Shown piece after piece: positions 52,784-64,000 of a stretch of DNA of 64,000 bases (positions are counted from its first letter, which is position 1; the number at the start of each line of letters is the position of its first letter). The notes under the pieces were generated by a model, which worked only from the letters and a program-made list of their open reading frames with translations, ran no database searches and was not told the DNA's origin. This DNA is from Eledone cirrhosa (taxonomy: Eukaryota). A program made the position numbers and the translations under genes. The stretch spans positions 29,140,001-29,204,000 of the forward strand of contig OZ024759.1 in NCBI GenBank assembly GCA_964016885.1, read 5' to 3'.

Positions 52784-52823
52784 CGATATTAATAAATGGA
52801 AACTATATTTATAAAACCATATT

Positions 52824-52888
52824 TATTTCATTATACATATTTCAGGGTTACCAAATTAAATTATGGTATGCCTTCATCAGACAAAATA
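52824..52888 (-). ncRNA. Minimal type I hammerhead ribozyme (family A, diverged)
   Basis: TATTTTGT-CTGATGA-AGGCATACCA..TGGTAACCCT-GAA-ATATGTAT-A-ATGAAATA; A-T to G-C covariation in stem II and G.U substitutions in stem I versus the 8.5-kb copy. Confidence 0.72.
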
Positions 52889-53095
52889 CAATATATAACA
52901 GTTTTATAAATAAGCTTTGACGTACCCTATTAAAATGCAACCATTATTTTTGGAAGCCATGAGGATGGCTTCCAAAAATAATGGTTGCATTATATTACAG
53001 ACATAGAAATTGTTTTGTTTCAGTAATGTGGCCTATGGTAAGGGCATGGGACTTACGATCATAATGTCATGGGTTCAATATATGGACTGTGTGTG

Positions 53096-53138
<43 letters not shown>

Positions 53139-53212
53139 GGGATGTCCGCCCCAAAAATGTATATACAGTTTGATAAAAACAACGATTATATATACATTCC
53201 AGTAGTCCATAC

Positions 53213-53898
53213 CTTCAATAAAGATGATATTGACGGGAGAGTTGGATTTTGTTGAGTGGTCCCTGGCGAAATATGATTGAAAGAGATTGCGCCCAAATAA
53301 CAAATGTAATGATTCACCAAGTCATCATCAAATCCATCCATCTTTTATCAACTCTAGCATTTACATTAATCTATATTTACTATTGTATTTTCACGGTAAA
53401 CACCTTACCTAATTATCTCACATAATATCGAATATACTTTGATATTGTTTATTTTGAGAACAATAATTTTAACATAAGTATAAGTGACCGGTTACAGCCG
53501 GTTTGAAAAGAAAGAGGTGAAGGAATTCTGGCGGGATATGGCTGGTTTAAATGCTAAAGGGTTAAGTGGTATGTTTATGAAATAATATATATTATATACA
53601 TAAATAACATTACAAATATAATCGTTTCTACTTTTGGTCACAAGGCCAGCAATTATCCCAGTGTATTACTGGTACTTTATTTTATCGATCCCGTAAGGAT
53701 GAAAAGCAAAGTTTACCTCAGCGGGATTTGAACTCAGAACGTAAAGGGTCTTAACTCTATGCCGCAAAGCATGGTGTCCGACACTCTACCGATATTGCCA
53801 ATCCCCGCCTCTTACAAATATAATGTCGTCGATAAACACAAATAAATTGTCAACATTACCTGGATCAGAACGATCAATATTTTGAACACCTGCCATAA
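53213..53898 (-). CDS. Two candidate minus-strand exons, 53860-53898 and 53213-53262 (MAGVQNIDRSDP|GTTQQNPTLPSISSLLK)
   Basis: ttgttcag/gtaatg and ttcgccag/gtatgg; phases compatible and frame open; no recognised homology. Confidence 0.35.
53620..53810 (-). mobile_element. SINE family 1 copy
   Basis: Reverse complement of the family consensus. Confidence 0.88.
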
Positions 53899-54197
53899 CT
53901 GAACAAAATATTCTAAGCCTGTCTAATTTGTTTTGAATAATAATAACTTTGAGATTATTCTATATAATCATTGCTTTTATCACTATTCAAAGTGTGTATA
54001 CATTTTTGGGGGGAGATATTGTTATACTTTGGGAGGGTCATGTTGCTAATAAAAACACACGCACCTCCCAATGTATAACAATATATATATAATAAAATAG
54101 AGATGATATAAAGTATATATATCTTTCGTTTATTACTATTATTATTATTATTACCAGAAATCATTATTATTATCATATATATATATGTGTGTATCCC

Positions 54198-54249
54198 GGC
54201 TTTCCTGATGATTTCCTTTAAATGAAACAGTTCTAGACCTGTAGAAGCC
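54198..54249 (+). ncRNA. Type I hammerhead-like motif (family B)
   Basis: GGCTTTC-CTGATGA-weak stem II-GAAA-CAG ttctagac CTG-TA-GAAGCC; GUA cleavage triplet. Related copy at about 57519-57563 has lost stem I. Confidence 0.55.
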
Positions 54250-54429
54250 ATTTCTATATTAAATATATGTGTGTGTGTCTGTGATAAAGATATATATATA
54301 TACTCTGTGAAGTTGTAAAACTACAGCGATTTAAAATTTACCTGTTGGGTTAAACTCTGATCTGTCTCTTACCTATCTTGCTGTGGACTATAAAGTGACA
54401 TTGAGCTTTTCCTTTATATGGTTGTATCA

Positions 54430-55215
54430 TCTATCGTCTACAATGGCCTCTCTTCGATAAACAATCTTTATCGTCCCATCGACGTTCCACTTTTTTTCTA
54501 GCTTATTACTGAGTTATCTTGGATGTTCAATGAATGTTTTTCAGCTGTTAAGGTGAAGAACGAAGACTGGCAGATATGATCTTGTCGTATGTCTTACATA
54601 ACAACACCATCTTGACGTTAGCTTAAAAACTACGAATAGCGCGTACCCTCATTCGGCATATTCCGTAATCATTCCTTTTCTTTCGGCGTCTTCCGTAAAT
54701 CATCACAACCCCTATCTCCCTTCTCTTTTGACTTCTTCCGTAAATGATCACGACCCCTATTTCCCTTTTTCTTCGATCTCTTCCGTAAATCACCACCATT
54801 CATATCTTCCTTCTCCTTCGATCTCTTCCGTAAATCACCACCATCCATATCTCTCTTTTCTTTCGATCTCTTTCGGAAATGATCACCACCACTATCTCCC
54901 TTCTCCCTCTTCCGTAATCACCAGTCCCTTGTCCCTTGATCTCTTACGTAATCATCTCTTTCGCCTTGGCCAACTTCCGTATTAACCCCTCTCAACCTTG
55001 TCCTTCGCCATCTTCCATAATTAACCCCTCTCATCCTTGTCGTTCGGTGTCTTCTATAATTAAATTCTGCATCTCCTCTCTTTTTTTTTTATCTTTGGCG
55101 CCTTCAACCTTTTATCATTATTAACTCATCTCCTCCATAACTAATTAATCCCCCGTCTCAAACGTGTTCATCTCATTAACTCTACACGTCTTCCACCATC
55201 TCTAACATCTGTACA
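54430..55215. promoter_or_regulatory. CpG-enriched putative (bidirectional) promoter / 5' leader of CCDC172-like gene
   Basis: Local CpG excess in a CpG-poor background, TGACGT half-CRE near 54613, degenerate ~60-bp repeats (tcttccgtaaatcacc) at 54690-54950. Confidence 0.45.
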
Positions 55216-55300
55216 ATGGAACCATCGTTTGACAAACTTTTCAACCAAATTCTTGAAGCAGAACAGATTGCAGAGAAAATAAGAAACGATTGGCTTCAAG
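55216..55300 (+). CDS. CCDC172: CCDC172-like coiled-coil protein, first coding exon (MEPSFDKLFNQILEAEQIAEKIRNDWLQ)
   Basis: ATG in acaATGG context, donor aag|gtgaaa, phase 1; resembles human CCDC172 N-terminus as recalled (SLESLFQHIIFTEHQAEE). Confidence 0.7.
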
Positions 55301-55320
55301 GTGAAAAACAAAGCGATGTG

Positions 55321-56730
55321 TATTTTATTTATTTATTTATTTTATTATTCAATATATACTTTTATTACAATTGTATAAATTTACAGTAGAATAACGTTGC
55401 AAGTATGTTTTAAATATATACATGAATAACATAACAAATGCGTAAACAACATTATAAATTGCTCACAATTCGTTCAGGACAAATATGTCTAAATCGCCAG
55501 CTCTAGACCTGTGGGGATATTTACCCGAGCCAAGGCCCGTTTGATGATCAGGTTTAGCTCGGTGTGACGGGCAAAACGATCAGCATTCAGGCGGGAGGAC
55601 AAACCATGTAAACCTGTGGAGTCGAGGAGTCTACCACAGCGGCATCTCAGACCCCCCACAGACGTCGTCTCCCACACGAAGTGCAATGGAGATACGGAGT
55701 TCTTCCTGACTGAGAAGGCCACCAATGTTTTTACTTATCTACTGAGAGAAACAGGAGAAAGGGGGAGAGAAAAAGAAGAGAGATGAGAAAGAAAGGGAGA
55801 GAGAAAAAGAGGAGAGATGAGAAAGAAAGGGGGAGAGAAAAAGAGGAGAGATGAAAAAGAAAGAGAGAGAGTAGAAGGAAAGAGAGATAGAGAGTTTTAG
55901 GGACTAAAGTGTATTTTAGCGGCGTAAAAATCTTCAGTGACATCTTTCGAGTTTTTTTCTTTTTCTTTGTGTGGTCATATAGAAATAACGAGGCTGTGAA
56001 ATGACAGAATCGTTAGAACATCAGATAGAATGCTTTGTGGTATTCGTTCCGGATCTCTGCTTTCTGAGTTCAAATCCCACCGAGATCAACTTTGCCTTTC
56101 ATCAATTTGGGGTCGATAATAAAAGTACCAATCTAGTACTGGGGGCGGATTCTTCCTTTATATCTCTTTCTCACTTTTAGATTCTTCCACCGTCTCTCTC
56201 TCTCTCTCTCTGTCTGCTTCTCTGGAAGAAATCTGCTGTATTCAAACCTGGAAAGAAAATGGGATCAGCCAAGTTTTAAAATTATATTACAGTTGTATAA
56301 ATTTACAATAGAATAACGTTGCAAATATGTTTTAAATATATACATAAATAACATAACAAATGCGTAAATAACACCAATTATTGCTCGCAATTAGTTCAGA
56401 AGGACAAATATAATGTCTAAACCGTGTGTAACACAATAATATAAATTCACGAACAAATATTATAAAGAAAAGGAAACGGGGGGGGGGGGGGACAAGTCAC
56501 CCCCAAGTGTGATAATCGGCCGCACCTCACCCCTTAAGGGTTAACTACGCACTTTCAGGCAAGCCAACACGCTTGCAGCATTACAACAGGTGATGGCGAG
56601 GCTGAGGCACTGAAATAACCAGGCACCCTCGCGGGCATCACCTGACACCTCAGTAAGGAGAGCCGCCAGTGAAGACAAGAACTTCACTGTCAGCGGCCCA
56701 ACTCCATCGAACGTCTCAAACCCCACAGGC
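55321..56730 (-). mobile_element. Two CRE-clade (RLE) non-LTR retrotransposon remnants in CCDC172 intron 1
   Basis: CRCG..GLHGLS..ARH (zinc-knuckle region, 55489-55725) and FETFDGVG..LFQCLSLAI..NAASV (RLE C-terminus, 56541-56726); shared 3' UTR at about 55362 and 56287. Confidence 0.75.
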
Positions 56731-57058
56731 TGGAAAAAATAAATATTTGATAAGTCCTGAATATGTCTAACGTAGTAATAACTGGTGCTATGGCGCCCCT
56801 ACGACTCCACCACCAGCAGTTACAGGACAATACTATGTATAGAAACAGCGAGAGATCGTTGACATCGAAGCTAAGAAATAAGAAACATGCGTCGGACATT
56901 CTCATACGGCTGCTGCGATAGATGCGACACGATCACAGCTTAAAATATTCATAGCGAGACCCTTGTATGTTTATTATTCATAAACATCTGCCCTAGTGGA
57001 CAATAATAACATCCTGCTACATAAACATATCGTATATGAATTAATATACACCCCAATT

Positions 57059-57137
<79 letters not shown>

Positions 57138-57300
57138 AACATATTCTCTCCCTTTCTCTCTCTATATATATGTGTATGTGTAATGTCTGACCCCTATTTC
57201 AGTGTAATTATATGTTTGATATAGTAGGGGACGATACAAAGGTTTTTCATAATTGTATATTTTGTGTGGGAAAGTTTTAGAAAATGTCCTGCTTTCTGTC

Positions 57301-57352
<52 letters not shown>

Positions 57353-57455
57353 AATGGCGTTGAACTCAATTCACCATCTTTCTTAAAACAATTATATAAC
57401 AATATCTTTTGTTGTGTGTCTAATAACGAGACAGCAGTCTATTTTTGTCTGTGTA

Positions 57456-57487
<32 letters not shown>

Positions 57488-57737
57488 TAATCAACTATAC
57501 CCCCTTCTATACACCCCCCTGATGATTTCTCTTGAATGAAACAGTTCTAGTCCTGTAGAAGCCATTTCTATATTAAACTTGATATATACTTACATACACA
57601 CACACATATATATATATATATATAAATGTAGTAAATTTGAATACTACAGCTACTAATGATACTACAACTACTACTAATACTAATACTACTACCATAACAC
57701 CACCACCACCACCACTACTGGTATTTTCTCTCAACAG

Positions 57738-57814
57738 AAATAGAACAGTATGAGAATCTGATAACAGAACAAAACCAGAAGAATTCTTTAGTTGAACACA
57801 AAATATCTTTAATG
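57738..57814 (+). CDS. CCDC172: CCDC172-like exon 2 (EIEQYENLITEQNQKNSLVEHKISLM)
   Basis: ctcaacag / gtaagt, phase 1 to 0, in frame. Confidence 0.75.
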
Positions 57815-59652
57815 GTAAGTATTTCTGGATTTGGAAGAGAAAGTCTCCATTCTAGGCTAGTATATATATATATATTATAAAGAGCCATGACCCCACTTGC
57901 CATTTCAATAGCCAAGTTTCAACAGCTAATTCTAGACTGGAACTCGCTGTTGAAACAGCAAGAGCTCAGCCGTCGGGGTCCCGATTCCTTATAGTACACT
58001 TTATAATACATCCATACTTTACTACCCCAAGTATCGAGTATTCTGGGGAGTAATGGTCTAACCAGTTTCTAACTGAATCCATCCTGATTTATATATATAT
58101 ATATCATCATCATCATCTTCGTTTAACGTCCATTTTCCACGCTAGCATGGGTTAGACGGGAGTTGTCCCACTTGAGGCAAGGTTGGTCGGGTGACCATGT
58201 CTCGCTCATATAGGACTATCTGGCAGGTTTTCTATGGCTGGATCCCCTTCCTAACACCAACCACATTTACAGTGTGAAACTGGGAACTTTTTACCGTGTT
58301 ACCTACACGGCCACATTACAGCGTGGACTGTGTGTTTTTTTTTCTCGTGACACCTACACGATCTCGATCTCATTATCTCATTTATTTGGACTGGATGTTG
58401 TGGTACCAACTTTACAGAGAGAGAGGGTGGTGTTGGTGGGAGTGGGAGGATGGAGTAAGGGTAGTGGGTTGTGGTGTATATTTGGTTAAGAGGTGCCTAC
58501 TGACTGTAGGTTTCGCTTTGTACATTGGCAAGGCGGGTCTTCTGTATTACTGCATAGCGCCAAAGATCTTGGTCCAGTGACATTGTCTTAGAGAGGTGCA
58601 AGTATGTAAGGTCGGAATTTATCAAATCGTCCCAGGTTTTTCTGGGTCTACCTACTCTGTAACTACCATCAATTTTGATCACCCTGTATATACACACATA
58701 TACAGAGACACACACACATATATATATATATATACCCACACTTTATATAAATACATATAGATATATGAAGTGTTTGTTGTACAAAAACAGGGAAGACCAC
58801 AGATGAGGGTAGTATTCAATACATGTTTAGGTAATGTTGGTAATATATTTACTATATATATATATATATATATCATCATCATCGTTTAACGTCCATCTTC
58901 CACGCTAGCATGGGTCTATATATATATATGTGTGTATATATATATATAAACAATATATTTACTATATATATATATAATACATTAACGACTTCAGTTCTTC
59001 ACTGGATAATTCTTTATCTTCCTCAAAGACTCTTTTAATGTCTTGAGAGGTTTTCTGCATTAGTATTTCACTATATATATATTGTTATACTTTGGTAGGG
59101 TCATGCTGCCAATAAAAACACATGCACCTGTTGGTTTTCACTTCAATTTATTATAAATTTCCGATTTGTTTGTTGGTTGGTTGGTTTGATAACTGGAAGT
59201 TTGTTTATATATTGTCAAAGCTCTTTCGTCACATACTCTGTGACTTCCTCAGTGATTGGGTTTTTATTTTGTGTCTCTCCTTTGTTCTGTCCTACACCAT
59301 GGTAAAGATTTTACCTCATAATTATCTCACATAATATCGAATCTATGAGATTTTGATATAATGTATTTTGTGAACAAAACCTTAACATCAGTATGAGCAG
59401 CCAGTTTGAACAGAAAGAGGTGAGAGAATTCTGGCCAGATACAGCCGGTTTAAATACTAAAGGGTTAAGGGCGGAACCATCAAGCAAAGTAAGCGATTTT
59501 ACATTTCCCATCTACATTACCTAATTATCCTCTACCTCAAAGAAAATTTAAAGGTAATGAGATATTTTATATGTGTTTGGTTAATTAGTTGGTAGTTACC
59601 ATTAATGATTTAACAATTTAATGTTCAACATTATTTTGTAATGTTCTTGAAG

Positions 59653-59769
59653 AAACGACAGCTGCTGGAGGAAGTTTTACAGTCGAAGTATTGGCAGATT
59701 AAATCTGACACTTTGAATAAACAGAAGAGAGATCTACAACATAGATATGACGACTATATACACATACTG
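59653..59769 (+). CDS. CCDC172: CCDC172-like exon 3 (KRQLLEEVLQSKYWQIKSDTLNKQKRDLQHRYDDYIHIL)
   Basis: ttgaag acceptor (alternative cag at 59661 is also in frame) / gtatgt, phase 0 to 0. Confidence 0.72.
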
Positions 59770-60416
59770 GTATGTTTACCAAACTGGCTATATATATTAT
59801 ATGTATTCTACATACATACATACATGCATACGTGTGTCTGTGTCTGAGTGTATGTGTGTATGTGTATATATATAGAGAGAGAGAGAGACAGGGAATGTAG
59901 GGAGGAAAGAGGTATATGTATAAGTATATATAGTATTTAGCTATATATATATATATAGCTAAATGTGTGTGAACGCATATATTCATATATATATATATAC
60001 ACACACATACACAGATACACACACACACACATATATATATATATAAAAGAAAGAGAGTGAGATAAAGAGGGTGATCCTTATCATTATTTCCATGTTAGTT
60101 TCTCCATGTTTGCATGGGTTAGACAAGTACATCTCCCACATACCATCTTTCCACTGGTCTATTTCCTTTGTCATCTTGTTTATAGGGAACAGCCTCCTGA
60201 GATCAGCTTTCACCACCTTGGCCTAACTAATGTTGTGTATGTGCATATATGAATATATCATCATCATCGTCACCACCACATCCATCCACATATGAGTGTT
60301 GAAAAGTGGCAGTGCTGATGTCACAATAGAATGTACAGCTCAGTCCACTCTGTTAAGTTGTAGTATTAGTGCCACGATAAAAGATAAAATTCACTCCATC
60401 TAACCCTGAAGGTGAA

Positions 60417-60797
60417 GTTGTTGAAGCATGGAACAAACTACCTGCATCAGTTGTTAGCTGTCGAGACACTGCATCCTTTAAAACCTCCATGGAACAAACT
60501 ACCTGCATCAGTTGTTAGCTGTCGAGACACTGCATCCTTTAAAACCTCCATGGAACAAACTACTTGCATCAGTTGTTAGCTGTCGAGACACTGCATCCTT
60601 TAAAACCTCCATGCTTTCTGAGATTCTCCAACACTACACCTGATATCCCCCCTCCATACACACGCACACATGTATATCATGACTCATACACTATTCACTT
60701 CCCTGACATTTGTACATTATTCTATGTACTATACATGCACTTTTGATGAGTTGTAGTGCACCTAAGCACTGTACACAATATTTTCATTATTATTACT
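60417..60797 (+). mobile_element. CR1/L2/Jockey-like LINE 3' end with 61-bp triplication
   Basis: EAWNKLPASVVSCRDTASFK motif; unit at 60428, 60489, 60550; reverse copies at 36450-36710 and 52045-52342 (RKHFFTLRVAEAWNKLP). Confidence 0.75.
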
Positions 60798-61382
60798 ATG
60801 AAACCACAAAACACACTGATCTTTTTGTTTCATAGATACCATTTTGTTAGTGAAAATTACAACTACTTCCTGTAGAAGAGAAAATGTAAAACATGTTAGA
60901 CAAACTTTAAACTTGAAATTTATAAATTAAAACAATGAAGTAGTAAAATCTCAAATATTATCAGAGATATGATATTTTATAATCAGGGAAAGACTTTATG
61001 CTTGCCCTGTATATGTCACTGTTGTGACTAATTATATTGATTAATTAATATATATATATATAACCCATGCTAGCATGGAAGAACGGACGTAAAACGAATG
61101 GATATATATGCTAGTGGAAGGAAGATGCAGTAAAGGAAGACCACAAAAAACATGGGCAGATGTGATGGGAGCTGACCTCAGATCGCTGAAGCTCACAGAG
61201 GAGATGATGAAAGACTGTGACAAATAGAGAGATGCTGTGCTGAAGAGGACCCTTCCCACCCTTGCAAGCAGGGAAAAGCAGATGTAAAATGATGATGATG
61301 ATGATATACGAACGAGTATATAAAATATAAATATATATATCATCATCATCATTTAACATCCATTTTCCACACTAGCATGGGT

Positions 61383-61420
<38 letters not shown>

Positions 61421-62096
61421 ATCATTCTATGCAATCATTAAACAATTTTGTCTTGTACTCTCAGGAGAATTTTTGTGTTGTCTTGGTTTATATTTAACTC
61501 TTTCATTGCCACAGATAAGGCAATTTTGTATTTCAAAAGAAGACAGTCTCTTACTTACCTACCTAGCCCCCTCTGTGAGGTGCCAACCTCTTCTTTTTAC
61601 CATTTGTTTCTTTGTTTCAATTGAATTCCTGCAGATAAACCTGTCTCAGTCTTTGGGTTTTTTTATTTTTCAACCATAAACTTAGAAGATAGTTTTTATA
61701 TTCAGAATCATTGTTTAATCTACAATTTACAACCCTCAACCCTTAGATAGATGACTGCTTCTTTGATTCCTTTCTTCTTTTACATTCTTAGAATCTTGTT
61801 TATGTGTGTGTGGGGGGTGGGGGGGGGGGGGGGTAATGTGTATGTGAGTTAGTGCATGTTTGTATATGTGTGTGAGTGTGCTTGCATGTGTGTCTGCCTC
61901 TGTGTATGTGTGTGTATGCCTCTGATTCTGAATTTGTGTTATTGTATGTGTATGTTTTTGTGTGTATATATGTGTGTTTGTATGTATTTGTGTGTACATG
62001 TGTATGTTATTGTTTGTGTTAGTATGTGTGTATTAGTGTCAGTGAAGGTGTTTGTGTTAGTATGTTTGATAGCTAACTATATCTGTCTATCTGTAG

Positions 62097-62262
62097 AACA
62101 ACACCAAACAAAAATGGAGACAAGAGTTTGTTGAGTTCTGTAATGCTGTACCAAACTTCCTCAACACATACGGTCTGTTGGCTTCTGAGAGAGAAAATGG
62201 TAAAGCTGTTACTAAGAGAGAAATGGACAAACTAATTGAAGAGGAAAAACTATTGAATGCCA
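62097..62262 (+). CDS. CCDC172: CCDC172-like exon 4 (NNTKQKWRQEFVEFCNAVPNFLNTYGLL...EMDKLIEEEKLLNA)
   Basis: ctgtag / gtaaga, phase 0 to 1, only open frame; FxxxxxxFxxxYxL matches recalled CCDC172 FIKEITDFNNDYEI. Confidence 0.78.
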
Positions 62263-62379
62263 GTAAGATTTTGACTCTTGTGAAATCTGTGATTATTTTT
62301 ATGATGAGGGTGTTATTTGTGTCATTTGGCTGCTATTTCTAGCAGGCCGAGTCACCATATTTCATCATCAATATCATTG

Positions 62380-63140
62380 TCATTGTTTTATGCCTGTCTT
62401 TCCACCCTTGCAAGGGTTGGATGGGTCTATCCTTTACAGTTTTCTTTCACTCATGGTGTTCTTTTATCATCTCCTCTGTGAGCTTCAGTGATTTGAGATC
62501 AGCTCTCACATCTGCCAAGGTCTTTCTTAGTCTTCGTCGACTGCTATTTACTTCCACTGGGATTTCTTAGCAGTTCTTCATCCATGTGCATCACATGTCC
62601 ATACCAGTGCAGTCTTCTCTCCTGCATACTATATCTGATTTCTCTTATACTTAGTTCTTCATTGAACAGTCAACAACCATACACATCACATGTCCATACC
62701 AGTGCAGTCTCCTCTCCTGCACACTACATCTGATTCCTCATATACTTAGTTCTTCACCCAACAGACTACATCCATACACATTACATGTCCATTCCAGTGC
62801 AGTCTCCTCTCCAGCACACTACATCTGATTCCTCTTATATCCAGCTTTTCTCTCAGACCATCCATGTTTTGTTGTTCACACATATTAAGATCGCATATCC
62901 AGCGAAGGATGATCACTTCATTTCTCTCCAGCCTTCACATATCCTCTACATTCGCTGCCCATGTCTCACTACCATGCAACATCACACATCACACATAAGT
63001 AGGAGGTATCATACAGTTGGCCTTTTGCTCATTGCGAGAAGCCAGTTGTTGTCAACACAGATAGTTGTTCCCTGACCCTTTTCCATCCTGTTCTTATTCT
63101 AGTTACTTTACTCTCCGAGCAGCCCACCTCACTGCTAATT
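62380..63140 (-). mobile_element. RTE LINE fragment with triplicated segment
   Basis: cacatgtccataccagtgcagtc recurs near 62592, 62687, 62783. Confidence 0.75.
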
Positions 63141-63290
63141 AGATTACCTTCATTTGTTTAATATCTGCATTATATTTTTGTTTTTGTTTTTCTGTCAGCT
63201 TTCATTAAACTTAACCATTTTTAAAATCTGTGATTCTCTTAATCCTTCATTCTGCCACAATTATTCTCTCATTCCTATATTGTGTAAAAG

Positions 63291-63392
63291 ACTTGAAGCA
63301 TTATGAAGATAAATCTGAAAAGCTGAATATTTTGAACAACCAACATCAACAACTTCAACACCAATTTGAAGAACAAAATAAGGAACTTGAAG
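63291..63392 (+). CDS. CCDC172: CCDC172-like exon 5 (NLKHYEDKSEKLNILNNQHQQLQHQFEEQNKELE)
   Basis: aaaag / gtatgt, phase 1 to 1, heptad-like. Confidence 0.78.
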
Positions 63393-63949
63393 GTATGTTT
63401 AATCTTACTTCCACACACATACATACTTAAATACATATACACATCATCCTCATTATTGTTTTAACATCTGATATCCCCACTAGCAAGGGTTGGACAGGTC
63501 TACATAGACTAAGTCAGTACTGAAGCGATGGCTACTAATCTCCCAGACAAGCCAGGGATCTGCTGTCTCACATTTTACCAAGTGCACAGGAGAGGTTGTC
63601 ATTTCTTTAACATGATTGAAGGGTCCTTTCAAACGTTTGTTTGGCAAGCTTTCTACAGCTGGATGCCTTTCCTAACACCAACCACTTTACAGCATATTCT
63701 GGGTGAATTTATCATGTAGATCATCACCAATTGTAGGGAAGTTGTCATATCCTTCACACGACTGAAGGGTCCTCCCTCCCATATATGAAATGTGTATGTC
63801 CTAACCAAAATTACCATAATAGTTGGTCACTATAAATAATCCTTCGCCCACTTGTTCCTGAGAATAAACCAAAATAGCTTAGTGCCGCAGAACGAGGGTC
63901 AATATCTGGTGGTTTGGTATCAAAAGGGTTTAATTTTGTCACTTTACAG

Positions 63950-64000
63950 ATCTGGAGCTGGAGAAGGAGAAGTATTTTGACAAGTTAGAGAAGTTAACTG
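63950..64000 (+). CDS. CCDC172: CCDC172-like exon 6, truncated by window end (DLELEKEKYFDKLEKLT)
   Basis: ctttacag acceptor, phase 1, in frame. Confidence 0.75.

Overview
AT-rich, microsatellite- and SINE-laden animal DNA, most consistent with an octopus/coleoid cephalopod (inferred from repeat landscape, not proven). It holds (1) the 3' two-thirds of a fibroblast growth factor receptor gene on + (11 coding exons, 12165-28961: second half of Ig3, TM, juxtamembrane, full tyrosine kinase, C-tail), with a candidate alternative last exon at 24179-24220 and unusual residues at the kinase hinge and helix F; (2) the first six coding exons of a CCDC172-like coiled-coil gene on + (55216-64000, runs off the window); (3) a candidate in-frame chain of minus-strand exons starting near the CCDC172 promoter and heading antisense into FGFR. 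The rest is tRNA-derived SINEs, piggyBac/mariner MITEs, RTE/CR1/CRE/Tx1 LINE fragments and satellites. The most unexpected signal is a set of short, often palindromic, (TA)n-embedded repeats carrying minimal type I hammerhead ribozyme folds (at least three sequence families, one with visible covariation), several inside the FGFR intron. Most supplied ORFs are microsatellite artefacts. All structures were read by eye and need computational confirmation.
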